Positions 51,645-64,000 of a stretch of 64,000 nucleotides of DNA are shown one piece after another. The stretch spans positions 79,236,001 to 79,300,000 of the forward strand of contig OX597821.1 of the NCBI GenBank assembly GCA_951406725.2, in the 5' to 3' direction. The stretch comes from Octopus vulgaris. Lineage: Eukaryota. The notes beneath the pieces are model-generated. The model was not told the origin of the DNA. It saw only the letters and a list, made by a program, of their open reading frames with translations, and ran no database searches. The translations under genes and the position numbers were made by a program. Positions within the stretch are counted from its first letter, which is position 1, and each line of letters starts with the position of its first letter.

Positions 51645-52763
51645 CATCAATATCTTCGTCCTCGTTGTCGTCAACAGCATCTTCATCGTCGTCATCAACG
51701 TCATCGTCCTCAACAATTATCGAATCATTGATTTTATATATTTTCTTGTTAGACCCGGTATATGAGCTGCAGAATATCATTAAGTTTCAATGTTTCACTA
51801 ACTTTCGTAGTCAGCACAATCAGGCAGATTCCCAATGTGAGTTATATAAATCAAAAGAGGCAGTTTGTTCATCATTGATGATGTTAACTGAATTTACAAT
51901 AAATAAAGTGGACTACATCATCGACAATCATTGCTTATGGTATGGCAAGCATACAATCATTAAGCCCAGCATTGTAAGTGAAAATAACATTTCTAATATT
52001 CAAGATACAAATATGAAATCCTTCTTGCTCAGCACTTCCCTTTTTTACTGCAAGACGAAGCATTTTCTTATATTTCCATAATGGGTTTTCACGCGTTACC
52101 ATAATGCGGCATTTTTATATCAACATTGCTGCCTCTTTGAATTAAATTAGCTGTCTGATGATAATCACCTCTACTTATCAAAAGCTTTACACTAAAAAGA
52201 TGACCATTTCACATAATTTCCTTCAGAAGTTCATCATTTATACGGAGTGTGTTACATGACAAAGTAGAGGATTTATAAATAATGAAAGGTGGAGTATCAT
52301 TTAACCACTGTGCACAGTTCCTCATACATTAAGCAGTTATTCTAGTTGTTATATATGGAAGGATGCCCTACCTCCCCCACGTATAAAGTTCAACAATGTA
52401 AAGTTGTCAAGGTAGTTTTATCCCAGATCCACCAGATGCAACTGAAACGAAAAATTGTTTTATCACTTTCAGTAGCATCAACTTTTCTCTCAAACACAAT
52501 TATTTGTCAGGAATTGAGTCTTTTGATTCCCTACTCAACTTATGATCGTGCCTCCTAAATATTTTTTGATCATTACAACAAAAATCCGGACATGGGTTTG
52601 GTAGGCCTAATATTGTACAACTAACTCCATACGATCACAATATCAAATCTATCTCCTGTAAGGATATTTAAAGGAAATTTCTTTAAAGTAGCTTCGTTAA
52701 AAGTCTTCAATGAATGCATTTTCATTCAGCTGCTCATTTCTACAAGGTATTTTAGCGTGTTTT

Positions 52764-53000
52764 AAGGCGGCGAGCTGGCAGAAACGTTAGCACGTCGGGC
52801 GAAATGCTTAGCGGTATTACGTCTGCCGTTACGTTCTGAGTTCAAATTCCGCCGAGGTCGACTTTACCTTTCATCCTTTCGGGGTCGATAAATTAAGTAC
52901 CAGTTACGCACTGGGGTCGATGTAATCGACTTAATACCTATGTCTGTCCTTGTTTGTCCCCTCTATGTTTAGCCCCTTGTGGGTAATAAAGAAATAGGTA
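52764..53000 (+). mobile_element. SINE family 2, full length, with flanking direct repeat
   Basis: AGGTATTTTAGCGTGTT on both sides (about 52745 and 52997). Confidence 0.9.
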
Positions 53001-53994
53001 TTTTAGCGTGTTCACTGCATATAGCAATGCATAGTTTCCCCTCAGTTGAGATGGGTAAAAGATCAATACCTGCAGATTCTTCTAGACATCCCATACACTT
53101 ATTAAAATCACTACGTAAAGTGTGCTTATCGGCTGCTTTCCGGAATGTTTCAAATACTTCACCATTTCCATTCACAGTTGGTAAATGCATTTAGGTAATA
53201 TATTAAAGTTTTTTGAAGTTTTCTTGAGATGTTCGTTTGTCTGTCCAGTTGGGGGATACAGTAAGACTTTTGCAATGAAAAGGATGTTTACAATATCGAA
53301 TATTCACGGAGAGTAAAAAGAAAGAAAACATATTGTAGATAGTGAAGTTTGAAATTTTACTAAATACGGTCTTTTATATGACCGCACAGAGAGAATTGGT
53401 AGAGTTCTTAGTATAAAAAAGAAGATGATGTTTACGTTTTTGAATGCTCAAGGAGAAAGGAAAGGGAAAGGATAAGCATTCACACAGTAGTTGTAGATAT
53501 TGAAGGTTTTTTTAAAGATGATCGTTTGTGTGCTCGAAAGCTGTAGGTATGTAAGTTTCCTAACTTATTTTATTTTGAGGGAGATTTAAAATATTCACAG
53601 GAAATTGTAGATATTCCAGTCTTTGGGAATAGTAGGAGGAAGAGATTTTCACCTTATGGGATTTTTGAATTTCTAAATTTTTGTTCTTTTCCTTTTGGAA
53701 TTTTTCTTTTCTTTTTAAAAGTTTTGCTGTGTTTTATAGCTTTTTGTAGTTGTGCAGTATGTATATATTGGCAGGTGCTTACTTCCTAAATGTTTTATCG
53801 TGCATTTAATCGTGTTGTTACAATAAAAGGCATGTTTGCATATTCTGTTAATCAAGGAAGAAGGGAAGAAAAAGTGTTCACACAAAATTGGAGATATTAA
53901 CGTTTCTACATTTTTTGAGGTGTTTATTTGTATGTCCATTCAGAGAAAACTGGTGTTTTTTTTACAATAAAAAAGATGTTTACATTTTCGAATA

Positions 53995-56200
53995 TTTAAA
54001 AAATGAGCAACTGGAAGACCCGGAACCAGATGGAGTTCAAGGCGACAGGATCAAAAGCTTTGGTGAATGTCATGCATGAATAGCTGCGCAACGCAACACC
54101 TTGTTAAATGCCGACCAATAACACCAGAGTGGTTGACGTTCGGTAGGACGGTGCTGTACCAGAAAAACATTGTAAAAAGCAATACGGTATCTTGTTTTCC
54201 ACTTATGTGGAAGTTATTGACTGGAATACTCGCAGAGTCAATGTACGGACATCTGAAAAAATGGAGTCCTGTCACATTAGCAGAAGGATTGCAAGCGTAA
54301 GTGCAGATGTACTAAGGATCAACTCCTGATAGACAAAGCTGTACTGAGAGACTGCAAGAAGAGGAAAAGTAACTTAGCCATGTTATGGATCGATTATCGT
54401 AAGGCGTACGATATGACCTCACATTCTTGAAATATGGAGTGTATGAATCGATTTGACATTGCATTGAATGTTGAGCGATTGCTTGGAAAAAGTATGGCGA
54501 ATTGAAGGACAGACCTGACAGCATACTGAAGGAGTTTAGGGACAGTAGAAATTAGAAGGGGCATCTTCCAATGGGACTGCCTGTCCCACTGATCTTTGTA
54601 CTGCTCTTGATACCACTGACACTGATTTTGAGGAAAGCAAAAGCTGTGTATGTATTCAAAAGCCGTCAAGAGAAAGTCAACCATTTGTTAGTCATGGATG
54701 TCCTCAAACTGTATGGTAAAGCTGAAGCCCAAGTCAGTTCCCAAGTTAATACAGTGTATACGTTCAGTACTGATATCAGAATGGATTTCGGACTGAGAAA
54801 GTGTGGTAGGTTAGTCTTGAAGAGAGGCAAAATCAAATGTATTGACGGGCTAACGGTATTGTCGGGAGTGGTTATGAAACAGATAGAAGAGACGGGCTAT
54901 AGGTAGTTGGGGGTTTTGGAAATGGATTAATTGATGCAGAAAGAAATGACAGAAAAATTTAAGGTGGAGTACTTGCGCAGACTTAGACTGATCCCTAAGT
55001 CGAAAGTAAACTGAATAAAATCGAAGCTATCAACACCTGGGCGGTTTCACCCCTTAGATATGGAGCATGGCTAATCGCATGGACAGTAGACAAACTAAAC
55101 GGATTAGACAGAAACACAACGACGTTTCTGACCAGATATGGGTCACTCCACCCCAAAATGGCACAGACAGATGGTATGTGCCAAGGAAAAGAGCGGGGAG
55201 AGCACTTATCGGATGCGAATATAGCATTAGAGTAGAATTAAACAACATAGCATGGTATGTAAAAAAATTCCTCAGAAAATCTCTACAATTAGAAGTAAGA
55301 AGATCAGGCCTGTGTACGATGAAAAAGATTAAGCACTATACAAGAAATTGAAAACGAATGAAGTTGAAAATAGGGGGGTAAATAAAAGAACGCATGGTCA
55401 ATTTCATAGAGATGTTGAAGATAAGACAGACAGAGAAAAAAGAAGGCTGTGGATGACAAAAAGTGATTTAAAACCGAAAACGGAGGCTCTAATCTGTGCT
55501 ACCCAAGAGCAAGCACTAAGAACAAACTACATAAAATACAGAATAGACAACACAGCAGAAAGTGATAAGTACAGATCTGTGGACAAAACGGTGAAACCGT
55601 ATGGCTTATTACCAGCCAATGTACGCCACTAGCCCAGAAGGAATATAAGAGACGCTACGACAATATAGCCAGGCTCATCCATTGGACACTTTGCAACAAA
55701 TATGGACTTGACAGAGCAAAAAATTGGTACGACCACAACCTGAAAGCATCGTCGAAAATAGAAATGTAAAGATCCATGAGATAGAGAATAGGAAGCCAGA
55801 CATAGTTTTAATTGAGAAACAAAACAAAGTATGCTGGATCATAAATATAGAATTAGAATGCCCAGCTGACAACAAGGTATGTGATAAGGAAGAAAGAAAG
55901 AAGAGAGATGTGACAGGTTAGCTTGGAAAGTTAAGAATTTGTGGTCGATGAAAAAAGTAGTAGTAGTACCAAAAATTGCCGGAGCCCTGGTAAAAGTAAG
56001 CAAAGATCTCGAGAAGTACGTGGAACAAATACGGGCTACAATAAGGGTGGAGCACTTGCAGAAAACAGCACTGCTTGGAACGGCTCGAATAGTCCGGAAG
56101 GTGCTCGAAAAATAAGAGGTGATACATTAGTTCACCGGTATTGAACAGCGGATATTGTACTACATCTCCAGCGTTAAAAGCTGTGTGAAGGCAATAATAA
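53995..56200 (+). mobile_element. Decayed R4/Dong-like LINE, 5' truncated, complete 3' end
   Basis: [49 protein letters not shown]-like, RKPDIVLIEK, LQKTALLGT; ends in (AAT)n/(GAT)n. Confidence 0.85.
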
Positions 56201-56658
56201 TAATGATGATGATGATGATGATGATGACGACTTGACGACGACGACGATGATGATAATGATGATGATCCTTTCTACAAAAAGTACAAGGCCTATTTCGGAG
56301 TAAAGGATATATCAAACTGTCAATCGTAATAGAAGACACCCATTACTTACATCAAAATTGTAACATATGACAAGAATAGAGTGAGAAAAAAATGGGAAAC
56401 TTACCTGAGAAGAAAGGTAATGTTGAACTGATCATATATTCCATATATTCATATATTCCATATTTACACCGATGGTGTGCTTTCGTTTCTTTCATCGAGA
56501 ATTAAGAACTGTAAATAATGTTTTTAAAAATAAACCTCCGTCAACCAGGATCTCACTATTTTCAACCAATCAAACTTACCAAGCATTTTTATGAATTGTG
56601 TATATTTCTCATTGCTTTTCTCAATAGATTTCGCCTCTAACCACCTCTCTTATGTATG

Positions 56659-56694
<36 letters not shown>

Positions 56695-56697
56695 CAT

Positions 56698-56734
<37 letters not shown>

Positions 56735-56753
56735 TATGTATATATATATATAT

Positions 56754-57141
56754 ATAACATAAGGGACTAAAGCCATCTGAATATGGCTAGGGACAGGGCA
56801 GGGTGGTGGGGGTGTTACTGTTGCATTTAGCCCCAGGCGAACATCGACGTCGCTAGATAGGCTTGACACCGTCACGGTGTCCTTTAACCTGCAAAGAGAG
56901 ATAATTCCCCGATGAAGCGGAAACCACACACGGACCATGGTTTCAAGGTGTATTGCCTATCGTCAACGTGTGGTAGGCCTCCGCTTCCTCGACGAAATCT
57001 CACTCTGCAGGTTATTCATATATAGATTTTCAAGCAAAATACATTTGCTGATTTCGAAACTGGGGCTAAATGCAACAGTAACACCCCCACCACCCTGCCC
57101 TGTCCCTAGCCATATTCAGATGGCTTTAGTCCCTTATGTTA
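56754..57141 (-). mobile_element. Small non-coding fold-back element with hammerhead ribozyme
   Basis: About 80-bp perfect inverted repeat (56754-56835 vs 57060-57141) next to (TA)n; structured interior. Confidence 0.75.
56923..56974 (-). ncRNA. Type I hammerhead ribozyme (variant core UUGACGA)
   Basis: Minus strand CACACG-TTGACGA-T AGG caataca CCT T-GAAA-CCATGG-TC-CGTGTG; GUC cleavage triplet; palindromic stem III. Confidence 0.75.
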
Positions 57142-57514
57142 TCGAGCAGTTACTGTCTATATCTCTTCTAGAGAATTATTATTGCTATATATATATACAT
57201 ATATACATATACATATATACATATATACATATATACATATATACATATATGTATATATGTATGTACGTATGCAAGCAGTTTTCTTTTATTTCTCAGTAAC
57301 GTTCCTCTCTTAAAAAGTCTTTTCATATAACCGTGTTAAGTCAAGTGCATCTGAAATTTGAAAGGCTAATTTCAATACTTACAAATATGTCCCACATCCA
57401 TCCAAGTATTGAAACTGGATATTGTGTGAGAAATTTTGAATTCAGTAGATCACACAAAGATATACATATGTACCCTCAGGCTATACATATGTACTAAAGA
57501 TATACATATGTACT

Positions 57515-57650
57515 AAGGCGGCGAGCTGGCAGAAACGTTAGCACGCCGGGCGAAATGCTTAACGATATTTCGTCTGCCGTTACGTTCTGAGTTCAAATTC
57601 CGCCGAGGTCCACTTCTCTGTGTTTAGCCCCTTGTGGGTAGTAAAGCAAT
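57515..57650 (+). mobile_element. SINE family 2 with internal deletion
   Basis: Matches the 52764 copy at both ends; flanking ATATGTACCCTCAGGC repeat. Confidence 0.8.
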
Positions 57651-58766
57651 ATATGTACCCTCAGGCACACATACATATGTCTCCTGGGTGAGTGTGACCC
57701 AGAGCGTACTGTTATGACCGAGACTTAGAATATTGGGGAGAAAAGGAGGAATGATGTATCTCTTTTTGTAGGATTGAAAATACACAGCCTTCTAGCTGTG
57801 ATGTAATGTATATACGGGTTCGAGTGAGGCTAGTATTCCTATCACTCTCTAGTTCTTGTGACCCTTATTCTTGAACCAGACGGATCACAGAGCTGAAAAA
57901 CATGTATATTCTCTAAATAAACAAGAAATAGGGCAGAATATTTCTGCTCTTGTCTCACTGAGAAGACAGCATCAGTTGTATTTATTCTTGCCATAAAAAC
58001 AGAAATCACGTCTACATTAAATTTCTCTTTCTAAGCAAATCGGATGTAATTCTTTTTGTAACCTTCATAACTTGCCCCAACAGTTTAACACCTCAAGCAT
58101 TCTTCCTTTAATACATTACCTTTGCCTTTTATAGCAGTTAAAAATGGTATTACCACAAAAGTCACTGGGTATGAGACTCTCCTATTCAAGCTGATTTAGT
58201 TAGGGGCTGTCTAACCCGCATCCCACTCACGAGTATTTCGTATCAGATACCTTCCCTACCTTCATATCTTTAAACGCATTCTCCACTGTACGGCTGTAAA
58301 TTTGGATGGATGCCCCCCCCCCCTCAACTGGGTTTACTTCCGATACACTCTTTATCCCTCTCCTATTCTTTTCATCCAACAAATTCTCATTATATCACGC
58401 CTGCTCTTCTTTCTTTACATTTCATGAATAACAAGAGTATCATTATCATTCCGTACATAATCTCCATCAATAATGTCTTTCATTTCTCTCCCAGACAATC
58501 TTGCCATTCAGAATATGCCACACTTCTGATGTCTTAAAACAATGATAAACTTCTTACTCTGCTCATCTTCCTTTCTTTGATATAAATGTTGCGTTGTTTC
58601 TTTTCTTGCAGCTTGGTGTTGCTTTTTGTGATCCTCTTTTGCCAATCTTTCCAAACCTGTCCCTTAACCTATGTGGCCCTTTCTATGCAGCTATTCCACT
58701 ACATATATAAATTACATATGTATGTGTGTTTGTGCGTGTTTGTATACATATATATACACATATATA

Positions 58767-59218
58767 CAGGACAGTGCTTATAGCACCAGGAAGACATCTC
58801 CTCCAGTTGGCTAATGACACACAGTCTGTGTCCGATTAGTATTTGCAAGGGAGGTCATCGCTCCCATGTCTAGCCTTACGTCATACACCCGGACGCAAGT
58901 TTCTTGGTGGCTACCTCCCCTCCCACCGAGCATGTGTTAATCACTACCAAGTGATGAAAGTTCATTCCACTCGCAAATTATTATATATTTTTCTAGCGTC
59001 TCACAGTCGCTGATCTCGTAAAACGGAGAGATATGTTATTTTAAATTTAATATAACATATACAGATTTAATACAACGTATCTCTCTCTTTTACGAGATCA
59101 GCAACAGTGAGTCGCGAGAAAAGTATATAGTGATTTGGCTACAGATGGGAGTTGTGTGTCGTTATTCAGCTGGAGGAGATGTCTTCCTGGGACTATAAGG
59201 TACAGTAGCACTGTCCTG
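58767..59218. mobile_element. Tc1/mariner-type MITE
   Basis: TA|CAGGACAGTGCT...AGCACTGTCCTG|TA; TIRs of about 60 bp; additional internal palindrome at about 58970-59135. Confidence 0.75.
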
Positions 59219-59378
59219 TATGGCACGCCACATTCAGTTGGCAAATATAGTTTACAATTCCGTGCTGCTACTGTTTATATATCTCTCAGAAATTTTATAT
59301 AAGATATGTATGCATGCATGTATGTATGTATATATACATATATGTATGTGTGTGCGTGAATGTGTGCGTAGTGTGTGT

Positions 59379-59422
<44 letters not shown>

Positions 59423-60339
59423 TTATGTATGTACTTGGTAAGGTGGACACCCTTCGTTTAACTCCCTACAGGTCGAAAAGTAAACTATTTCAAAGGCCGG
59501 GTGAACACAGGAGAATCAACAACCCTCCAATGGCTGGGAGTTCGATATAACTGCTTTTGTTGTAACATTTCTCTTATGTAATACCAATGATGTAGAATAG
59601 TTGTTTGTTTGGCAGGAATGTATTGGCTGTTTTGGGAGGGAGTCGGAATTGCCATGTGCAAAGGTTCTCTCCTTCTATTTTTCCTCAGACGCAGCCAAAA
59701 CGCACAGCCTTCGAACGACAAGGCACATAGCCTGCGATCGGCAAAACACAAAATTGAAAATTTCATGAGAGAACAAAGGTATGAGTCAGGGAAGATGGTA
59801 AGTCTCTCAAAACCTGCAGCAGGAAGTCGCCTTCGTTAGTATGTCTTTGATTGCGCAAAAGTGTTTAGATCCCTAACAGGACTAAAAAATACACGTCCCT
59901 GCTTCGTTGAGTAATCAAATGTGGCATATTTCGGAATCAAGTTGCAACCATAATATGTGTTAGTTTATGTGTCATTGTATGCGTTTCTGTTTGGGTGTAT
60001 GTGTGTGTTTTTAGAGGACATGAATTACGTATTTAATTTTAATAAGCTCACTGCAGTTTCTAGTGGTTACAGTGCATGCAGAGATGAGTGCTTGGGAATA
60101 AGCTTATAGTTTCTTCGAAGCTTCTAAAACGAAGTGCTTGTTTGTTTTGGAAAGCATTTATATACGTGGAAAAGATTAGCATGGAAAGCGTAAAAATGCA
60201 TAAGAAATGCTGTAGAATTTGAAGAATAGAAACGACAATCAGAAATAATCAGAGTTAGAGACAGAGAGAGTGTGAGTGTGTGGGGTGTGTGTGTGTGAGT
60301 GAGTGTGTGAAGGAGGGAGGGAGTGAGTGTCTGTGTGAG

Positions 60340-60380
<41 letters not shown>

Positions 60381-61719
60381 ATGTGTGTGTGTGTAAGTAC
60401 ATAATGAAGCCACATATTTATGAGTGTTCATACATATTTATACAAAATACAAAAAGTATATATGTTAATATTTATTGTACGTATCACTGACCTTAAGAAT
60501 CCAGACAAAGAAAAAGGAAATGGAAAATGAGAGACTCTAAAATTTAAAAAGAAAAAAATAGAAAGTGAAGAGAAATACTATGAAACACTTATAAGGAAAT
60601 ATTGTGTTAAGGTCGCAAATCTATCCACGTGTTTGTGGCCTTACAGCCTCTTACATGACTGACAATCTGACTTATCATAATGCTAGAAGAAGGCATACAC
60701 AACACTGGTAATTCCTCCAATACACATTGTACAGTATCACAACGTCAGGGAACTCATTCGGATGAAGAATACAGAGCAGGAAGAATTGGTCAAAAGAAGG
60801 AACTACCAACGAAAACTAATAGACACACGAGACAAAATAATTCAACTGCTCATATCATTGCAAACTGTTCCAATCCTGTACAACACACTCGATTAAATAA
60901 GCCAAACAACACCTATAGGAATCAGCCTATATTTCCTTATCCTAACATGATCCCTAAAGTAGTAGAGAACTGGTACCTTGCTAACCTACACGAAAGAGAC
61001 AGATATATTAGCTAACACCTGCAACTCAGCATCCTCATCCTGCGCTTTAATATACTGCTCTCTAGAAAGAAGACCTGAAGAGTCACTACCCATCGAAGAG
61101 AAGTCATGAGCCTCTAATTTATAAAACAAAATGACCAAGTAATACCTGACAAATCACGAATGGAATCATTCGGCAAAGAAGACTTGGAAGAAATGTCTTT
61201 CGACATCGAACACGTCGCTGCACATGGAGCAAAAATACCAGGAAAATCATCCTCCAACTGTTCTGTATTACCTGAACTCCCTGGAGAAATAGTGACAATA
61301 GGATCAACACTAACGTGGACCCTACAACATCATTTCCGATCAACACCCAGAAATGGGAGAGAGTCAAGAACACCTACACTCACCTCACCAGAAATCATAT
61401 ATTCAGAAAATGGAGAGGAGCAGAAGAATTGCCGCATTATACCCCGAAACAAAACATCTGAGTTCCCTGACGACTCATCAAAAAAAGACAAAATATCCTT
61501 CGAAATCAGAGACTGAAGAACTCAAGTATCCCTCAAGATTGTTACGGGAAGTGGGAGAGACGTATCTCTCATACGTGACACAGAACATATTGAAACAAAG
61601 GGCAAAAACTCCTTCCGAACTATGGAATCTGAGGGTTTACAAACAAAACTCTCCGAAAAGAAAGGCTTAGGTGCGACAAACACAAAAGCATTTTGGGGAC
61701 CTGTGAACTAAACCCCCAT

Positions 61720-61765
<46 letters not shown>

Positions 61766-61996
61766 AGTATGTATGTATGTATGTATGAATGTATGTATGT
61801 ATGTATGTATATATATATTATTTCACAGGTTATTTAAATAATTAGGTGCTATTACAGATTACTAAGGTTCCAAGGTTATAGCCGAGACGGCAGTTATAGA
61901 GCCATCGGAGATTTCCGATGCAGCGGATATATAATTGTTAAACAGGACGTCAAACATCTCAAGTCATATACAATATTATATCATATTATATTATAT

Positions 61997-62047
<51 letters not shown>

Positions 62048-62091
62048 CATGTATGTAAAACTGTATTTGTGCACGTGTATATTCATTTACT

Positions 62092-62462
62092 TTTTCAGTC
62101 ATTTGATTACTGGAATAACGCCTTAACGTGTTTTAGAGGAACAAATCGACCCCATAATTTATTGTTGCCAGACTAGTATTCATTCTATAACTTTCCCTTG
62201 TCAACCCGCTCCATAACAGGGACGTAAACACACCAACATCAGTTGTCAAGTGAGAGTGAGGGGGACAAACACAGACACACATAAGTATATACATAGATAT
62301 AAGACGTGTTTATTACAGTTACTCTCTACTAAATACACTCACAAGGCCTTGGTCAACCCGAGGATATAGTAGAAGACACTTGCCCAAGATGCCATGCAGC
62401 GGAACTGAACCGGAATCTATGTGTTTGGGAAGTTAGTTTCTTACCACACAACCACGTCTCCG
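62092..62462 (-). mobile_element. Diverged SINE family 1 copy
   Basis: Colinear similarity to 35022-35447. Confidence 0.8.
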
Positions 62463-63174
62463 TCTTCACACAGCTCCGCCTCCGCGAGATATAAATATAC
62501 ATATATGTGTTTGCGTAAGAGTGTGTGAATGCGTCTGTGTGTATGCAGTGGGGACCCAGGATCTTTTTTGTTTCCAAAAAATTACTATATTAGTTGGGAA
62601 TCGCAATTTGTAACAAATGGACACATTTTTATGTATTCTATGTTGTAGCAGACCAGAAACATATAAAACAGTTATGCTCTGAAAAACCTTGGTCCCGGTA
62701 CTTTTTTGGTGTTGGATCGGCCAGAAAGGGTGTGACCCGGGCAACTAGGGCAACACCCCTGCCTCAACTACTGGTATCTATGTAGACATGTAAGCTTGCT
62801 GCATTTATATGTTGATGGATGGATGGATGGATGGACGCATGTATGCAGGTAAGCTTGATGTATGTATGTATGTATGTATGTATGTATGTATGTATGTATG
62901 TATTATGAATGTGTATGCGTGTGTCATTTATTGAGTCACCACTATACAAATGGCAAACAATGCTAATTTCTTTGAGAGAGAAAGTTGTATGAAATATTTG
63001 GAGAAGAGGATTGTTGACTATTTTAGGAGCAAAGCTTTGTTGTTTACTTCACTTGACTTAACATTTAGAACATACTTAAACAACCTGCCACTGTCTTGTG
63101 TCTCGACTACTACAATGTATCAGAATATTAATGCAATGACAAGGACGTAGTACTACAATGTTGTGGTAAACAAC

Positions 63175-63231
<57 letters not shown>

Positions 63232-63323
63232 TATCATCATCAGCTTTATATTATATATGCATATACATAATATGTATATAATACATACATATTTATATGT
63301 GGGCGTATGTATTTATATATATG

Positions 63324-63371
<48 letters not shown>

Positions 63372-63395
63372 TACATATATACATATAGACATACA

Positions 63396-63419
63396 GATAG
63401 ATAGATAAGATAGATAGAT

Positions 63420-63503
<84 letters not shown>

Positions 63504-63518
63504 GGGATAGATAGATAT
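63396..63518 (+). repeat. (GATA)n microsatellite
   Basis: Direct observation. Confidence 0.95.
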
Positions 63519-63811
63519 ATTACATGTGTGTGTCCGTGTAACTACAATAAGGGCTTAGAAATAAATTTCCTAGCCATATGCTGAGAAAAAGACGCTAAAT
63601 TGCCTCATCACTGAAAAAAGTCAGAAACACATGTTGAATTCGATGCAACAAGCCAACGGAAATTTTCGATAAGATAATTCTGCATTAGCTAAAATCTGGA
63701 TCTGCCCAAATGCTCTCCCATCTTCAGCGGAAACATACTATAGATATAAATGAGATATTTATTAATGCACATAGGAAAGCGAAACGCAAATCCATAAATA
63801 CGCATAAATTC

Positions 63812-64000
63812 CCCATTCTGCTGCCAGTTTGCGTAGACGCAGGCCAGCAAGTGTCCGAGCAAGTCCGGCATACTACGATAAAATTCATAGGGCAGACCAT
63901 CCAGCCCCGGCGACTTGTTCCTGGCGCATTCATCCAGCACATCCCCGACCTCCGCAGCTGTAATCGACTCTTCACCACATTCGGGCTCCCGCGCCGAGAG
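63812..64000 (-). mobile_element. Tx1/L1-clade LINE RT fragment, continues beyond the window
   Basis: NKSPGLDGLPYEFY...LACVYANWQQNG. Confidence 0.8.

Noticed and set aside
56340-57400. Candidate 5' UTR exon donors of the LRR gene (ACTTAC near 56347, 56400, 56575, 57378)
   Set aside because: Donor-like hexamers are frequent by chance; cannot be assigned without transcript data.
58586-58783. Signal-peptide-like short ORF
   Set aside because: Runs into microsatellite; more likely the antisense of a decayed A-rich repeat.
60680-61700. A/C-rich fragmented ORFs resembling a decayed retroelement
   Set aside because: No motif I could recognise with confidence.

Overview
AT-rich, microsatellite-dense eukaryotic DNA. 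The SINE, Penelope and Dong content suggests a mollusc, most likely an octopus/cephalopod (inferred, not verified). The only host gene I can support is a minus-strand, multi-exon extracellular leucine-rich-repeat (LRR) gene. A signal peptide + LRRNT exon (31469-31650) is followed by 14 exons of exactly 72 nt, all phase 2-2, each encoding one 24-aa LRR (22665 down to 940); the gene runs off the left edge. The LRR exons form two cassette families (A and B). Each cassette carries its own homologous intron flanks and is joined to its neighbours through triplet microsatellites, and amino-acid variation concentrates at the predicted concave-surface positions. This is a candidate modular, diversifying LRR receptor locus. 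The rest is mobile DNA: a near-complete Neptune-like Penelope element with direct pLTRs, hammerhead ribozymes and an in-frame -1 slippery site; several small non-coding hammerhead-bearing Penelope-derived/retrozyme-like elements; a stack of R4/Dong LINEs; RNase H LINE, Tx1 and CR1-like remnants; a deleted mariner; MITEs; Helentron-like repeats; and many tRNA-derived SINEs. Most long ORFs in the supplied track are microsatellite artefacts. All coordinates and folds were read by eye.
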